A DNA stretch of 64,000 nucleotides from Nocardioides sp. GTDB lineage: Bacteria; Actinomycetota; Actinomycetes; Propionibacteriales; Nocardioidaceae. The translations under genes and the position numbers were made by a program. Below the pieces are notes generated by a model, which worked only from the letters and a program-made list of their open reading frames with translations, ran no database searches and was not told where the DNA came from. This document shows, piece after piece, positions 29,941 through 39,154 of the stretch. The stretch is from contig NZ_DATIHB010000008.1 of NCBI RefSeq assembly GCF_035481145.1, forward strand, positions 4,246-68,245, written 5' to 3'. Each line of letters begins with the position of its first letter. The first letter of the stretch is position 1.

Positions 29941-32030
29941 GCAACCCGATGCGTCGCATCCGCAACGACGACACAGGAGCCTCGCTGATCTTCGCGCTCC
30001 TGATCGTGACCGCGATCGCGCTGGTCAGCGGAGCGATCCTGCAGCACAGCAGCACCAACTTCCGGGCCACCGTCGCCCTGCGCGGTGTCGCGGGGACCTC
30101 CTACGCCTCTGACACGGCCGCGAAGATCGCGATCAACAACCTCCGGCTGGGAGCCGATGCGCCGGGATGGACCGCGCCGACGTTCCCGGGCGTGTGGGGC
30201 GACTGGGTCTACACGAACAACGCGGACGGCGCGGGCTGCTTCGGAGCCGTCGGCACCGCTCCCGACGACGTGCTCGACCTGAACAATGTCCAGCCCGCGT
30301 CCGGTGACCAGTCGGGTGCCACCTCCGCACGGGTCGAGTGCACCGTGGTGCCCGGCACGGGCATCTTCGCGCCCGGCGGCGGCATCGGCGTGGAGGATCC
30401 GGACCCGACCGACGCCTTCGCGCGTGCCCTGACGACGGTCGGCACGTCCGGTCTGCACGGGGTGACGCTGAAGCCACTCGGCACGGGCAACGAGGCACCG
30501 ATGCCGATGCGTGGAGGTGTCGCGTCGAAGTCCTTCGTCGACGTCGACAACGGGGCACTGGTCACCAACGGCTACGTCAAGGCGGAGGGGTCCTGCACCG
30601 GCCTGATCATCAGCGTGCCCGCCAAGCAGTGCAACGCTGCGGGATCGGTGCCCATGCCGACCACGCCGACGTCTCCGCTGACCTCGGTGCCGACCTATCG
30701 CGACGCCGCCGACTACGCCGGCACCTGCACCTTCCAGCCCGGTTTCTACAACAACGCAGAGGTCCTCAGCGACACCGTCAACGGCTGCACGACGGCGAAG
30801 TTCGTCTCCGGCCAGTACTACTTCGACTTCGTCGACGACGAGCACGGTGGTGACAACGTCTGGGAGATCGACACCACGGTCATCGGCGGCGAGTTCCTCG
30901 GCACCTCGATCCCGGGTGCGTGCAAGAGCCCGATCCTCTTCGACCCGGTCGCAGGGGTGGAGTTCGTCTTCGGCGCTGACAGCCGGATGGCGGTGGGGGA
31001 CAGTGCCCACGTCGAGCTCTGCGGGAAGTCCAACAGCGGTGAGCCGCCCCTGACGATCTACCAGCAGTCGACCGGCACGACGACGAGTGCCTCGTCGCTG
31101 AACGACCGCAGCGCGGCCACCGTGACGGAGAAGAGCGGCAACGCGGGTGGTGACAAGTGGACCACCAGCGTGCGGACACCGGTTGGCGCTGCACCCAAGG
31201 ACGCGGTCTCCTCGGCCGACACCTCCCTGCTCACGTACACGATCGCCGGCAACAACGACGACATCGGCCTCGACCTGCAGGACTTCACGGGCCTCACCGG
31301 CATCCCCGCGGGTTCCGACATCAGCTCGGCCCAGCTCCGGGTGAAGTACACCAACCCGACAGGCAAGAACCTCACCGTCACCGTCAAGGACGCGACACCC
31401 GCCAACGCTGTCGTCGCCGCACCCGATGGCACCGGCTGGGGGAGTGCCGACATCGCCGCACAGCTCCGCGCAGCCCTTCAGGACGGCGCCTTCACCTCGA
31501 CGACTCCGACGCTCGAGCTGCGGCTCAAGGACGCCCCGAAGGACGCGGTCGTCACGATCGACGCCATTCAGTTGTCACTGACCTACACGCCGCCGTCGCT
31601 CCGGGCGGCCACGGACGTCACGCTCGTCGGACTGATCTCGGGTAGCAACTTCGCCGGCGAGTTCGTGGTCCAGGGTGCGACCTGGGCCCCGCACGGCTAT
31701 GTCTCGCTCGACCCGGGCTCGGACAACCAGGCGCTGGTCGCCTTCCGCTGGGGCCTGGTCGCGCTCGGCGTGGACTTCAAGGCGCAGCCGCCGCAGCAGT
31801 TCGGCTACCCGCTCGTCTCCATCCCGGACCCCGGCACGGGACTCGGTCCCAAGGTGACCATCGTCGACCTGAAGGTCCACGTCTGCGTCGAGGCAGGCTC
31901 CTGCACCTCGGGCGGCACCCACGCGCTGACGGCTCGCGTCCAGATCACCGATCCGCCGTACGGCGCGAGCGGGGCGCCCGTGCCCGGCAAGCGCCAGATC
32001 AAGGTCCTCACCTGGGCGGAGCAGAAGTGA
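29937..32030 (+). CDS. Large PilX/GspK-like pilin, putative tip adhesin
   Basis: RNDDTG|ASLIFALLIV lacking E5 as in PilX/GspK; about 700 aa, Thr/Gly/Cys-rich beta-type extracellular region. Confidence 0.72.
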   Translation: MSNPMRRIRNDDTGASLIFALLIVTAIALVSGAILQHSSTNFRATVALRGVAGTSYASDTAAKIAINNLRLGADAPGWTAPTFPGVWGDWVYTNNADGAGCFGAVGTAPDDVLDLNNVQPASGDQSGATSARVECTVVPGTGIFAPGGGIGVEDPDPTDAFARALTTVGTSGLHGVTLKPLGTGNEAPMPMRGGVASKSFVDVDNGALVTNGYVKAEGSCTGLIISVPAKQCNAAGSVPMPTTPTSPLTSVPTYRDAADYAGTCTFQPGFYNNAEVLSDTVNGCTTAKFVSGQYYFDFVDDEHGGDNVWEIDTTVIGGEFLGTSIPGACKSPILFDPVAGVEFVFGADSRMAVGDSAHVELCGKSNSGEPPLTIYQQSTGTTTSASSLNDRSAATVTEKSGNAGGDKWTTSVRTPVGAAPKDAVSSADTSLLTYTIAGNNDDIGLDLQDFTGLTGIPAGSDISSAQLRVKYTNPTGKNLTVTVKDATPANAVVAAPDGTGWGSADIAAQLRAALQDGAFTSTTPTLELRLKDAPKDAVVTIDAIQLSLTYTPPSLRAATDVTLVGLISGSNFAGEFVVQGATWAPHGYVSLDPGSDNQALVAFRWGLVALGVDFKAQPPQQFGYPLVSIPDPGTGLGPKVTIVDLKVHVCVEAGSCTSGGTHALTARVQITDPPYGASGAPVPGKRQIKVLTWAEQK

Positions 32031-32809
32031 CCGAGCTGCCCGCGGCGGCCTGGGCCGCGATGGCAGGAGTCCTTGGACTCCTCATCGGCTCCTTCCTCAA
32101 CGTCGTCATCCATCGGGTGCCGCGGGGCGAGTCGATCGTGCGTCCGCCCAGCGCCTGCCCGGCGTGCGGGCACGAGATCCGGGCGCGCGACAACGTGCCC
32201 GTGCTCGGATGGCTGCTCCTGCGCGGCCGCTGCCGTGACTGCAGTGCTCCGATCAGCGCGCGCTACCCGCTGGTCGAGCTGGGCACAGCGCTGCTCTTCG
32301 CGGTCATCGCGTTGCGGCTCGCCGACCGCCCGGCGCTGCTGCCGGCGTACCTCGCCTTCGCGGCCGGCGGTGTGGCGCTCTCGCTCATCGACCTCGACGT
32401 ACGCCGCCTGCCGGACGTCATCGTCCTGCCGCTGTACGTCGTGCTGCCGGTGCTGCTGGCCGTCGACGGCGACCTCGAGTCGCTGCTGCGCGCGGTGACC
32501 GGGGGAGCGGTGCTGGGGGCGATCTACCTGGCGATCGCCTTCGCCGCGCCCGGAGCGATGGGGTGGGGCGACGTGAAGCTCGCGGCGCCGATCGGGGCGA
32601 TGATGGCCTACCTGTCGTGGGGCACGCTGCTGACGGGCGCGTTCGGGGCGTTCGTCCTCGGGGCAGCCGTCGGGGTGGTGCTGATCGTGGCGCGCGGCGC
32701 GGGGCGGCGTACGGCGGTGCCGTTCGGGCCGTTCATGATCCTCGGTGCCGTCTGCGCGATCCTCGGCGCCGGCGGCCTGGGTGACGCGTACCTCAACGCA
32801 CTCGCCTGA
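32027..32809 (+). CDS. pilD: Prepilin peptidase PilD
   Basis: GSFLNVVIHRVP, CPAC/CRDC, IDLDVRRLPD, MGWGDVKL, PFGPF. Confidence 0.93.
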   Translation: MTELPAAAWAAMAGVLGLLIGSFLNVVIHRVPRGESIVRPPSACPACGHEIRARDNVPVLGWLLLRGRCRDCSAPISARYPLVELGTALLFAVIALRLADRPALLPAYLAFAAGGVALSLIDLDVRRLPDVIVLPLYVVLPVLLAVDGDLESLLRAVTGGAVLGAIYLAIAFAAPGAMGWGDVKLAAPIGAMMAYLSWGTLLTGAFGAFVLGAAVGVVLIVARGAGRRTAVPFGPFMILGAVCAILGAGGLGDAYLNALA

Positions 32810-32841
32810 GGCAGGCCACGGCGGGGCACTACGCTGCGCGC

Positions 32842-33027
32842 ATGCGCTTCTTCGGAGCCGGCTGCGGGCTGGTCCTCTTCGTGCTCGGTGCCTTCATGAC
32901 CGGCATCGGCCTCGGGCTCTTCGGCGAGGCCGGCGACGGCGCGAGCTGGTATGCCACGGTCGGTCCGGTGACAGCAGGCCTCGGTGTCGCGCTGATGTGG
33001 GTCACCCTGGCGCCGAAGCGCCCCTGA
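32842..33027 (+). CDS. Small two-TM membrane protein
   Basis: Two hydrophobic helices in 61 aa. Confidence 0.55.
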   Translation: MRFFGAGCGLVLFVLGAFMTGIGLGLFGEAGDGASWYATVGPVTAGLGVALMWVTLAPKRP

Positions 33028-33040
33028 TCACGCCTCGCGG

Positions 33041-33388
33041 TCACGCCTCGCGCAGGATCTTCGCCATCGGCCGGCCCTTCGCCAGCTCGTCGACGAGCTT
33101 GTCGAGGTAGCGGATCTGCCGCATCAACGGGTCCTCGACCTCCTGCACCTTCACCCCACAGACCGAGCCGGTGATCAGCGACGCACCCTGGTTGAGGGTC
33201 GCGGCACCGAAGAACTCCTCGAACGTCGTCTCCGCGCCGAGCTGCCGGTCGATCGATGCGTCGTCGTGGCCGGTCAGCCAGGTGATGACCTCGCGGAGCT
33301 CGGCCTCGCTGCGCCCCTTCTTCTCGACCTTCGTCACGTAGTGCGGATAGACCGCGGCGAACGGCGTGGTGAAGATCCGGTGGCTCAT
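33041..33388 (-). CDS. DUF2200 family protein
   Basis: [38 protein letters not shown]. Confidence 0.9.
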   Translation of the reverse strand: MSHRIFTTPFAAVYPHYVTKVEKKGRSEAELREVITWLTGHDDASIDRQLGAETTFEEFFGAATLNQGASLITGSVCGVKVQEVEDPLMRQIRYLDKLVDELAKGRPMAKILREA

Positions 33389-33414
33389 GACCCCAGCCTA
33401 GGAGCGGGGCACGA

Positions 33415-33449
33415 CGAAGCCCCGCCCGGACGGACCGGACGGGGCTTCG
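33415..33449 (-). terminator. Terminator after the secreted SapA-like gene
   Basis: CGAAGCCCCG...CGGGGCTTCG stem. Confidence 0.65.
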
Positions 33450-33462
33450 GGATGGAGCAGGG

Positions 33463-33903
33463 TCAGCAGCCGATGACCGGAGAGGTGATCGTGCGGTAGG
33501 CGCCTCGCCAGTAGATGAGCCCGTCCGCGCGCACGCAGTTGCGCGGTGCCTTCACCTTCGCGGGGCCTGCGTAGTACGAGTAGTAGCCATAGTCCGAGTC
33601 GAACGTCGAGATGGAGCAGCCGCGACCCGGCGAGGTCTGCGTACAGCGGTCGAGGCCGACACCGGTGAACCGCTTCACGCCCCAGGTGGCGCCGGCGTGG
33701 TCGAACTGCGCGCAGTTGGTGCCGTAGGTCGCGTTGTAGAAGACCCGCAGGCGGCCGATCGCCTGGCCGTCGTAGTACTTCGTCTTGGCCCAGATCTCCT
33801 TGCCGCCGCAGACGGTGGCTGCGTCTGCCGAGGTGGTCGAGGCGCCCACGACGGCGAACGTGCTCAGGAGCGTGAGGAGTACAGCGGTCAGCATCCGGAT
33901 CAT
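33463..33903 (-). CDS. Secreted protein resembling Streptomyces spore-associated protein A-type domain
   Basis: Sec signal peptide (ADA|A), YN..G.NC, YSYYAGP...C motifs, six Cys. Confidence 0.6.
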   Translation of the reverse strand: MIRMLTAVLLTLLSTFAVVGASTTSADAATVCGGKEIWAKTKYYDGQAIGRLRVFYNATYGTNCAQFDHAGATWGVKRFTGVGLDRCTQTSPGRGCSISTFDSDYGYYSYYAGPAKVKAPRNCVRADGLIYWRGAYRTITSPVIGC

Positions 33904-34031
33904 GGCGGCGTCCCTTCGGGTGGTGAGGTCGATGCAGGGAGGCTAGGAGGTGCAGGACACCCTCCGGAATGGGCAGAACTACCCACCCGCCGTACGCCGC
34001 CCTCCCGCGCCGCTCGCCTAGGATCCGGGCC

Positions 34032-34604
34032 ATGGAGCCGGTCACCGAGGGCAGCGCGGAGCGCTTCCACGTCAACCCCGCCACCGGCCGGCCCAACAGG
34101 TGCACCGACGGCGACGCCTGCGCGCTCGGCGGCGACCCGTTCCACTACGCCTCGCGCCACGATGCGCAGATCGCCTGGGAGGCGCGCCAGCTCGAGCGGG
34201 GCGTCATCGCCTACCGCAACGTCATGCAGAAGCGCGAGCGCGAGGAGGAGGAAGCCGCCCTCGCGGAGATCGCCGGCAAGGCGCGTGGCATGTCGAAGAA
34301 GATCTCCGGCAGCGTCGTCCGCTCGATCATCGTCAGGAACGTCAGCAAGTACGCCATCAACTTCCTCGGCGTCTTCGTCGCGTACGCCGTGGCGTCGGGC
34401 AAGTGGCTCACCGACGACTGGATCCGTCGCCTGCTGCCGACCGCCGCGACGGTCGTGCTGGTCGGGCTCCTGCTGTGGTGGGGCCTCAAGCTCGCCAAGG
34501 GCAGTCGGAAGGCGGCTGGAGCGGTCAAGCGGCGCACGACGAAGCGGCGTACGACGACGCGTCCGAAGGCTCGTCCGGCGAAGCAGGGCGCGGCTCGTCG
34601 CTGA
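34032..34604 (+). CDS. Membrane protein with N-terminal H-C-C-H motif
   Basis: FHVNPATGRPNRC..C.LGG..HY, coiled coil, two TM helices, Lys/Arg-rich tail. Confidence 0.65.
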   Translation: MEPVTEGSAERFHVNPATGRPNRCTDGDACALGGDPFHYASRHDAQIAWEARQLERGVIAYRNVMQKREREEEEAALAEIAGKARGMSKKISGSVVRSIIVRNVSKYAINFLGVFVAYAVASGKWLTDDWIRRLLPTAATVVLVGLLLWWGLKLAKGSRKAAGAVKRRTTKRRTTTRPKARPAKQGAARR

Positions 34605-34668
34605 CGGCATGGATCACTGCTCCACGGGCACCGGGTGGCGAAGACCCCGTGCTCGAAAGGAAATCCTG

Positions 34669-35112
34669 ATGTCCCTCGGTGACAGCCTCATCTCCCTCAC
34701 GTCCTCGGCCACGCGCCTCGCGGCCCGCACCGTCGACGCGGTCCCCGTGCCGGGTGTGGTGAGGAGCGCGGTCCGCGGCGTCGCCCGGGCCGTGACCGGA
34801 AGCGGTAGCCACGAGTCCCAGGAAGCTCGCGCCGGCGCCTGGGCCCCGCCGAAGACTGACCCCGTGCCCCGACCGGAGCCCGCACCGTTGCGCCCCGCGG
34901 TCGCCCACGAACCCAGCGCCTCCTCGCGCGCGGATGCACACGGCGGCTCGCCGGGCCGCCACGCCGATGACTGGACCGAGGAACTCGTCGAGGACGACGA
35001 GCCTGCCCCCGTCGCCGAGGCGACCGACGAGCCGCTCATCACCCCGGGTGCAGCGCGTGCACTGCGCAAGGAGGCCGAGGTCATGCAACGTGGTGCCCGA
35101 CCCCACGGGTGA
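34669..35112 (+). CDS. Hypothetical low-complexity protein
   Basis: RBS GAAAGGAA before the ATG; Pro/Ala/acidic-rich. Confidence 0.55.
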   Translation: MSLGDSLISLTSSATRLAARTVDAVPVPGVVRSAVRGVARAVTGSGSHESQEARAGAWAPPKTDPVPRPEPAPLRPAVAHEPSASSRADAHGGSPGRHADDWTEELVEDDEPAPVAEATDEPLITPGAARALRKEAEVMQRGARPHG

Positions 35113-35128
35113 TGTCTAGACTCGTCGG

Positions 35129-35953
35129 ATGCAACGGCGAGGGACACAGGCAGGGCGGCGCCGAGCCGCCCCCGTGCGCCGTCGCTCCCGCGCCTCGCGG
35201 CCGTTGCTCCTCGTCCTCCTGGTGGTCGCCCACCTCGGGCTGATCGGAGCGTTGCCGATGGCGCTGCAGTCCGCAGGGGAGGGCGAGCAGTCGTCCTTCG
35301 CCTCTCCGGACCTGCTCGCGGAGCCGGCCGAGGCCGCTGCTGGATCGGTCGAGTCGGAGGCACGCGGGGGACGGCTTCCCGTGCCCGGCGTCCGGCCCGT
35401 CATCGCCTCCGCAGGCCCGGTCGTGCCCCAGCAGGCCTCCGGCACGTACGCCGTCGCCGCGGCGCCCGACTCCGAGGTCCCCGACGGTGCCGTGACCTAC
35501 CGCGTCGAGGTGGAGCGCGGCCTGCCGTTCCGGGCGGCTGGGTTCGCCCGGGCGGTGGATCGCACGCTGGGCGACCCGCGCAGCTGGTCCGGGCGCACGG
35601 GCGAGCCGCTGGTCCGCGTCGAGGGCGAGGCAGACCTGCGGATCGTGCTCGCGTCCCCGCGCACCACGGACCGGCTCTGTGCTCCGTTGGACACGCGCGG
35701 CAAGGTCTCGTGCCGTAACGGCGAGGACGTCGTCATCAACGCCTGGCGCTGGGCCGAGGGTGCGGCGAGCTACGCGGGTGACCTCGCGGCGTACCGGATC
35801 TACGTGGTCAACCACGAGGTCGGCCACGGGCTCGGGCACGGCCACGTGCCGTGCACGGGCGCGGGCGACCCGGCACCGGTCATGCTGCAGCAGACCCTGG
35901 GGCTGCGCGGCTGCCGTGCGAACCCCTGGCCCACCGACGCCGAGGTCGACTGA
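35129..35953 (+). CDS. DUF3152 domain zincin-like protein
   Basis: YRVEVE, LGDPRSW, YVVNHEVGHGLGHGH, PVMLQQTLGL. Confidence 0.88.
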   Translation: MQRRGTQAGRRRAAPVRRRSRASRPLLLVLLVVAHLGLIGALPMALQSAGEGEQSSFASPDLLAEPAEAAAGSVESEARGGRLPVPGVRPVIASAGPVVPQQASGTYAVAAAPDSEVPDGAVTYRVEVERGLPFRAAGFARAVDRTLGDPRSWSGRTGEPLVRVEGEADLRIVLASPRTTDRLCAPLDTRGKVSCRNGEDVVINAWRWAEGAASYAGDLAAYRIYVVNHEVGHGLGHGHVPCTGAGDPAPVMLQQTLGLRGCRANPWPTDAEVD

Positions 35954-35970
35954 TTCGATCCGGGCATTCC

Positions 35971-35999
35971 GGAATATCCGTCGGACGGCAGATGGTTGA
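35971..35999 (+). promoter_or_regulatory. Putative SigR/SigH promoter upstream of ribA
   Basis: GGAAT-N19-GTTGA. Confidence 0.55.
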
Positions 36000-36035
36000 C
36001 CCGTCATCTTCTGCTGACCACCGACGGGAGCCTCC

Positions 36036-36683
36036 ATGACTGCCGAAGCACCGATCCTGCCCGACTGCCCGTCACTCGCGGTCCGCACCCGGGTCCGGGT
36101 TCCGCTGCGGTTCGCCGACGGCTACGAGACCGTCGCGGACGTCTTCACCTTCCGGGGCCTGGCCGATGGCAAGGAGCACCTCGCGCTCGGCCTCGGCGAC
36201 TGGGAGCACGCCGACGTCCCTCTTGTGCGGCCGCACTCCGAGTGCCTGACCGGTGACGTCTTCGGCTCGCAGCGCTGCGACTGCGGTCCGCAGCTGCGTG
36301 AGGCCGTCGAGCGGATCACGCAGGCCGGCGGCTTCCTGCTCTACCTGCGCCAGGAGGGCCGCGGCATCGGCCTGTACGCGAAGCTCGACGCGTACGCCCT
36401 CCAGGACCAGGGCCTCGACACCTACGAGGCGAACCGGGCCCTGGGGCGTGGCGAGGACGAGCGCGACTACACCGCCGCCGCCCAGATGCTCCGCGCCCTC
36501 GGCCACCCGCAGATCCGGCTGCTGAGCAACAACCCCGACAAGGCGGTCCAGCTCGACGCCTACGGCATCACCGTCGTCGCGCAGGAGGCGACCGGCGTCC
36601 ACCTCTCCGAGGCCAACGAGCGGTACCTCGTCGCGAAGCGCGACCACACCGCGCACACGCTCGACCTGGGCGCACTCGGCTGA
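36036..36683 (+). CDS. ribA: GTP cyclohydrolase II
   Basis: HSECLTGDVFGSQRCDCG, YLRQEGRGIGL, LLSNNPDK. Confidence 0.93.
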   Translation: MTAEAPILPDCPSLAVRTRVRVPLRFADGYETVADVFTFRGLADGKEHLALGLGDWEHADVPLVRPHSECLTGDVFGSQRCDCGPQLREAVERITQAGGFLLYLRQEGRGIGLYAKLDAYALQDQGLDTYEANRALGRGEDERDYTAAAQMLRALGHPQIRLLSNNPDKAVQLDAYGITVVAQEATGVHLSEANERYLVAKRDHTAHTLDLGALG

Positions 36684-36694
36684 GTCCCCGAAAT

Positions 36695-36735
36695 GTCGTA
36701 CGGCGGCCCGGGGCGAACCCGGACCGCCGTACGAC
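36695..36735. terminator. Bidirectional terminator between convergent ribA and the fprA-like gene
   Basis: GTCGTACGGCGG...CCGCCGTACGAC stem. Confidence 0.7.
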
Positions 36736-36747
36736 GAAGGTGGAGCG

Positions 36748-38082
36748 TCAGCCCTGACCGGCGTCGAGCATGCCCTCGCGGGTGGGGACCTTGACGCGCA
36801 GGCGCTCCTGCGCCTCGCCCAGGGCGACCTCGTGCTCGTTGAGCTTCAGCCAGTGCTCGTGGGTGAAGACGTTGGCACCCCGCTCGGCGAAGAACGCGTC
36901 AACGGCCTCGTCGGAGCGCTGCGGCGCGGTCTGCGTCGTGTTCTCCAGGAGGTGGCCGACCGTCTCGGCGGCGTCCGACTTGGTGTGGCCGATGAGGCCG
37001 ACCGGACCGCGCTTGATCCAGCCGGTCGTGTAGAGGCCGGGGATGTGGTTGCCGTCGAGGTCGAGGACCTTGCCGCCATCGTTGGGGATGACCGCCTTGC
37101 GCTCGTCCCACGGCAGGCCCGGGAGCGGGTCGGACTTGTAGCCGATCGCGCGGTAGACCTGCTGGACCTCCCAGTCGGTGATCTCGCCCGTGCCCTCGAC
37201 GTTGCCGTCGGCGTTGGGGGAGTGGGTGCGCTCGGTCTTGAAGGTGGTCACCTTGCCGTCGACCGCGACGATCTCGGCCGGCGACTCGCAGAAGTGCAGG
37301 TGGATGCGGTGCGGCTTGCCGACCGGGTCGCGACCGACCCAGTTGGCGAGGGTGTCGAGGACCATCTTCTGCGACTTGTGCTTGCCGATGTGCTCCATGC
37401 CGTGCTCGTCGACGTCGAAGCCCTCGGGGTGGACGATCACCTCGACGTTGGGCGAGTGGTTGAGCTCGCGGAGCTCGAGCGGCGAGAACTTCGCGTACGC
37501 CGGGCCGCGGCGCGCGAAGACGTGCACGTCGGTGATCTGCTTGGTCTTGAGGCCTTCGTAGACCTGCGCCGGGATGTCGGTCACGAGCATCTCGTCGGCG
37601 GTCTTGGCGAGGACGCGGGCGACGTCGAGTGCGACGTTGCCGACGCCGAGGACGGCGACGGAGGTCGCACCCTCGAAGTCCCAGGTGGGGGCGTCGTCGG
37701 GGTGCGCGTCGTACCAGGAGACGAAGTCGGCGGCACCGATCGAGTGCTCCTCGCCGGGGATGCCGAGGTCGCGGTCGGACTTCGCGCCAGTGGAGAAGAT
37801 GACGGCGTCGTAGAACTCCTGGAGCTCCTCGAGCTTCACGTCCACGCCGAAGGTCACATTGCCGAGGAAGCGGATCTCCGGCTTGTCCAGAACGCGGTCG
37901 AGGGCCTTGATGATCTCCTTGATGCGCGGGTGGTCCGGTGCGACGCCGTAGCGCACGAGGCCGAACGGCGCGGGGAGGCGCTCGATGATGTCGACGGCGA
38001 CGTCGACGTCGGACTTGGTCAGGATGTCAGCGGCGTAGATGCCGGCCGGGCCGCCACCCACGACTGCAACGCGAAGAGTCAT
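36748..38082 (-). CDS. Ferredoxin-NADP+ reductase (FprA/adrenodoxin reductase-like)
   Basis: GGGPAG, GLVRYGVAPDH, GVGNVALD, GWIKRGPVG. Confidence 0.92.
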   Translation of the reverse strand: MTLRVAVVGGGPAGIYAADILTKSDVDVAVDIIERLPAPFGLVRYGVAPDHPRIKEIIKALDRVLDKPEIRFLGNVTFGVDVKLEELQEFYDAVIFSTGAKSDRDLGIPGEEHSIGAADFVSWYDAHPDDAPTWDFEGATSVAVLGVGNVALDVARVLAKTADEMLVTDIPAQVYEGLKTKQITDVHVFARRGPAYAKFSPLELRELNHSPNVEVIVHPEGFDVDEHGMEHIGKHKSQKMVLDTLANWVGRDPVGKPHRIHLHFCESPAEIVAVDGKVTTFKTERTHSPNADGNVEGTGEITDWEVQQVYRAIGYKSDPLPGLPWDERKAVIPNDGGKVLDLDGNHIPGLYTTGWIKRGPVGLIGHTKSDAAETVGHLLENTTQTAPQRSDEAVDAFFAERGANVFTHEHWLKLNEHEVALGEAQERLRVKVPTREGMLDAGQG

Positions 38083-38110
38083 GACTCAAGTGTGGAGGAG
38101 AACGAAGATC

Positions 38111-38154
38111 CACAGAACGAGGTTGTGGTTGTGTGGTCACAAGGCTAGTTTGTG
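38111..38154. promoter_or_regulatory. Tandem palindromic operator sites between the divergent reductase and LysR genes
   Basis: Two CACA-N9-TGTG palindromes (38111-38127 and 38138-38154), 27 bp apart. Confidence 0.6.
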
Positions 38155-39087
38155 GGAGTGTTGAGTCCTCACGTTCCCGACCTCCGCGCCCTCGAGCTCC
38201 TGGTGGTCGTCGCGCGCGCCGGTTCGCTGTCGTCCGCCGCCTCTGAACTGGGCATTTCCCAGCAGGCGGCCTCCTCGCGGCTGCGCACCATGGAGGCGAT
38301 GGTGGGTGCCCCGCTGCTCGCCCGGACGCGACGAGGATCACACCTCACGCAGACCGGAGAGCTGGTCGTGCAGTGGTCGAGCCGGATCCTGGACGCCGCC
38401 GAGCAGCTCGACGCCGGCATCGCGGCGCTGCGGTCGGACCGGCGTGGACACCTCGAGGTGGCGGCCAGCCTGACCATCGCGGAGTACCTCCTGCCCGGCT
38501 GGCTCGTCGCCGTCCGGACCCAGCAGGCGCGCGCCGGCATACCGCCGACGCAGTTCACCATGACCGCGGCCAACAGTGAGCGGGTCGCCACGCTGGTGCG
38601 TTCCGGAGAGGTCGCGCTCGGTTTCGTCGAGGGTCCTGAGGCGCCCGAGGGGCTCCAGCGGCGTCTGGTGGCGGTCGACGAGCTGGTCGTGGTGGTCGCG
38701 GCGAGGCATCCCTGGGCCCAGCGGCCCGACCGCACGATCAGTGCCGCCATGCTGGCCGGCACCAAGCTGGTCTCCCGTGAGGCGGGCTCCGGCACGCGCG
38801 TCGTGCTCGAGCGGGCCCTCGGCGACCTGCCGACCGTGCCGCCGGCGTTCGAGATGGCGAGCACCGCCGCGGTGCGCTCCGCGGTCGCGGCCGGTGCCGG
38901 CCCCGCCGCCCTGAGCCGCTACGCCGTCCGCGACGACCTCGCCTCGGGCCGCCTGGTGGCGATCAAGGTGAGCGGTGTCGACCTGACCCGCCCGATGCAC
39001 GCGGTCTGGTCGGGTGACCACGAGCCGCCCGCCGGGCCCGCCCGCGACCTCGTCAACTGGGCCGCGGCGCGAGGTGGCACCGACTGA
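38152..39087 (+). CDS. LysR family regulator (CysL-like)
   Basis: GSLSSAASELGISQQAAS HTH, ASLTIAEYLLP, GFVEG, REAGSGTR. Confidence 0.92.
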   Translation: MGVLSPHVPDLRALELLVVVARAGSLSSAASELGISQQAASSRLRTMEAMVGAPLLARTRRGSHLTQTGELVVQWSSRILDAAEQLDAGIAALRSDRRGHLEVAASLTIAEYLLPGWLVAVRTQQARAGIPPTQFTMTAANSERVATLVRSGEVALGFVEGPEAPEGLQRRLVAVDELVVVVAARHPWAQRPDRTISAAMLAGTKLVSREAGSGTRVVLERALGDLPTVPPAFEMASTAAVRSAVAAGAGPAALSRYAVRDDLASGRLVAIKVSGVDLTRPMHAVWSGDHEPPAGPARDLVNWAAARGGTD

Positions 39088-39093
39088 TCTCGT

Positions 39094-39118
39094 GTGTAGC
39101 TCCTCGAAGGCTGGGTAC
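39094..39118 (+). promoter_or_regulatory. SigB/SigF-type stress promoter
   Basis: GTGT-N15-GGGTAC. Confidence 0.6.
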
Positions 39119-39154
39119 GTCGCGAGTCATGCCCACAGAGAGGAGAACATCACC

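Noticed and set aside
35954-36035. FMN riboswitch before ribA
   Set aside because: The gap is only about 80 nt and lacks RFN conserved motifs.
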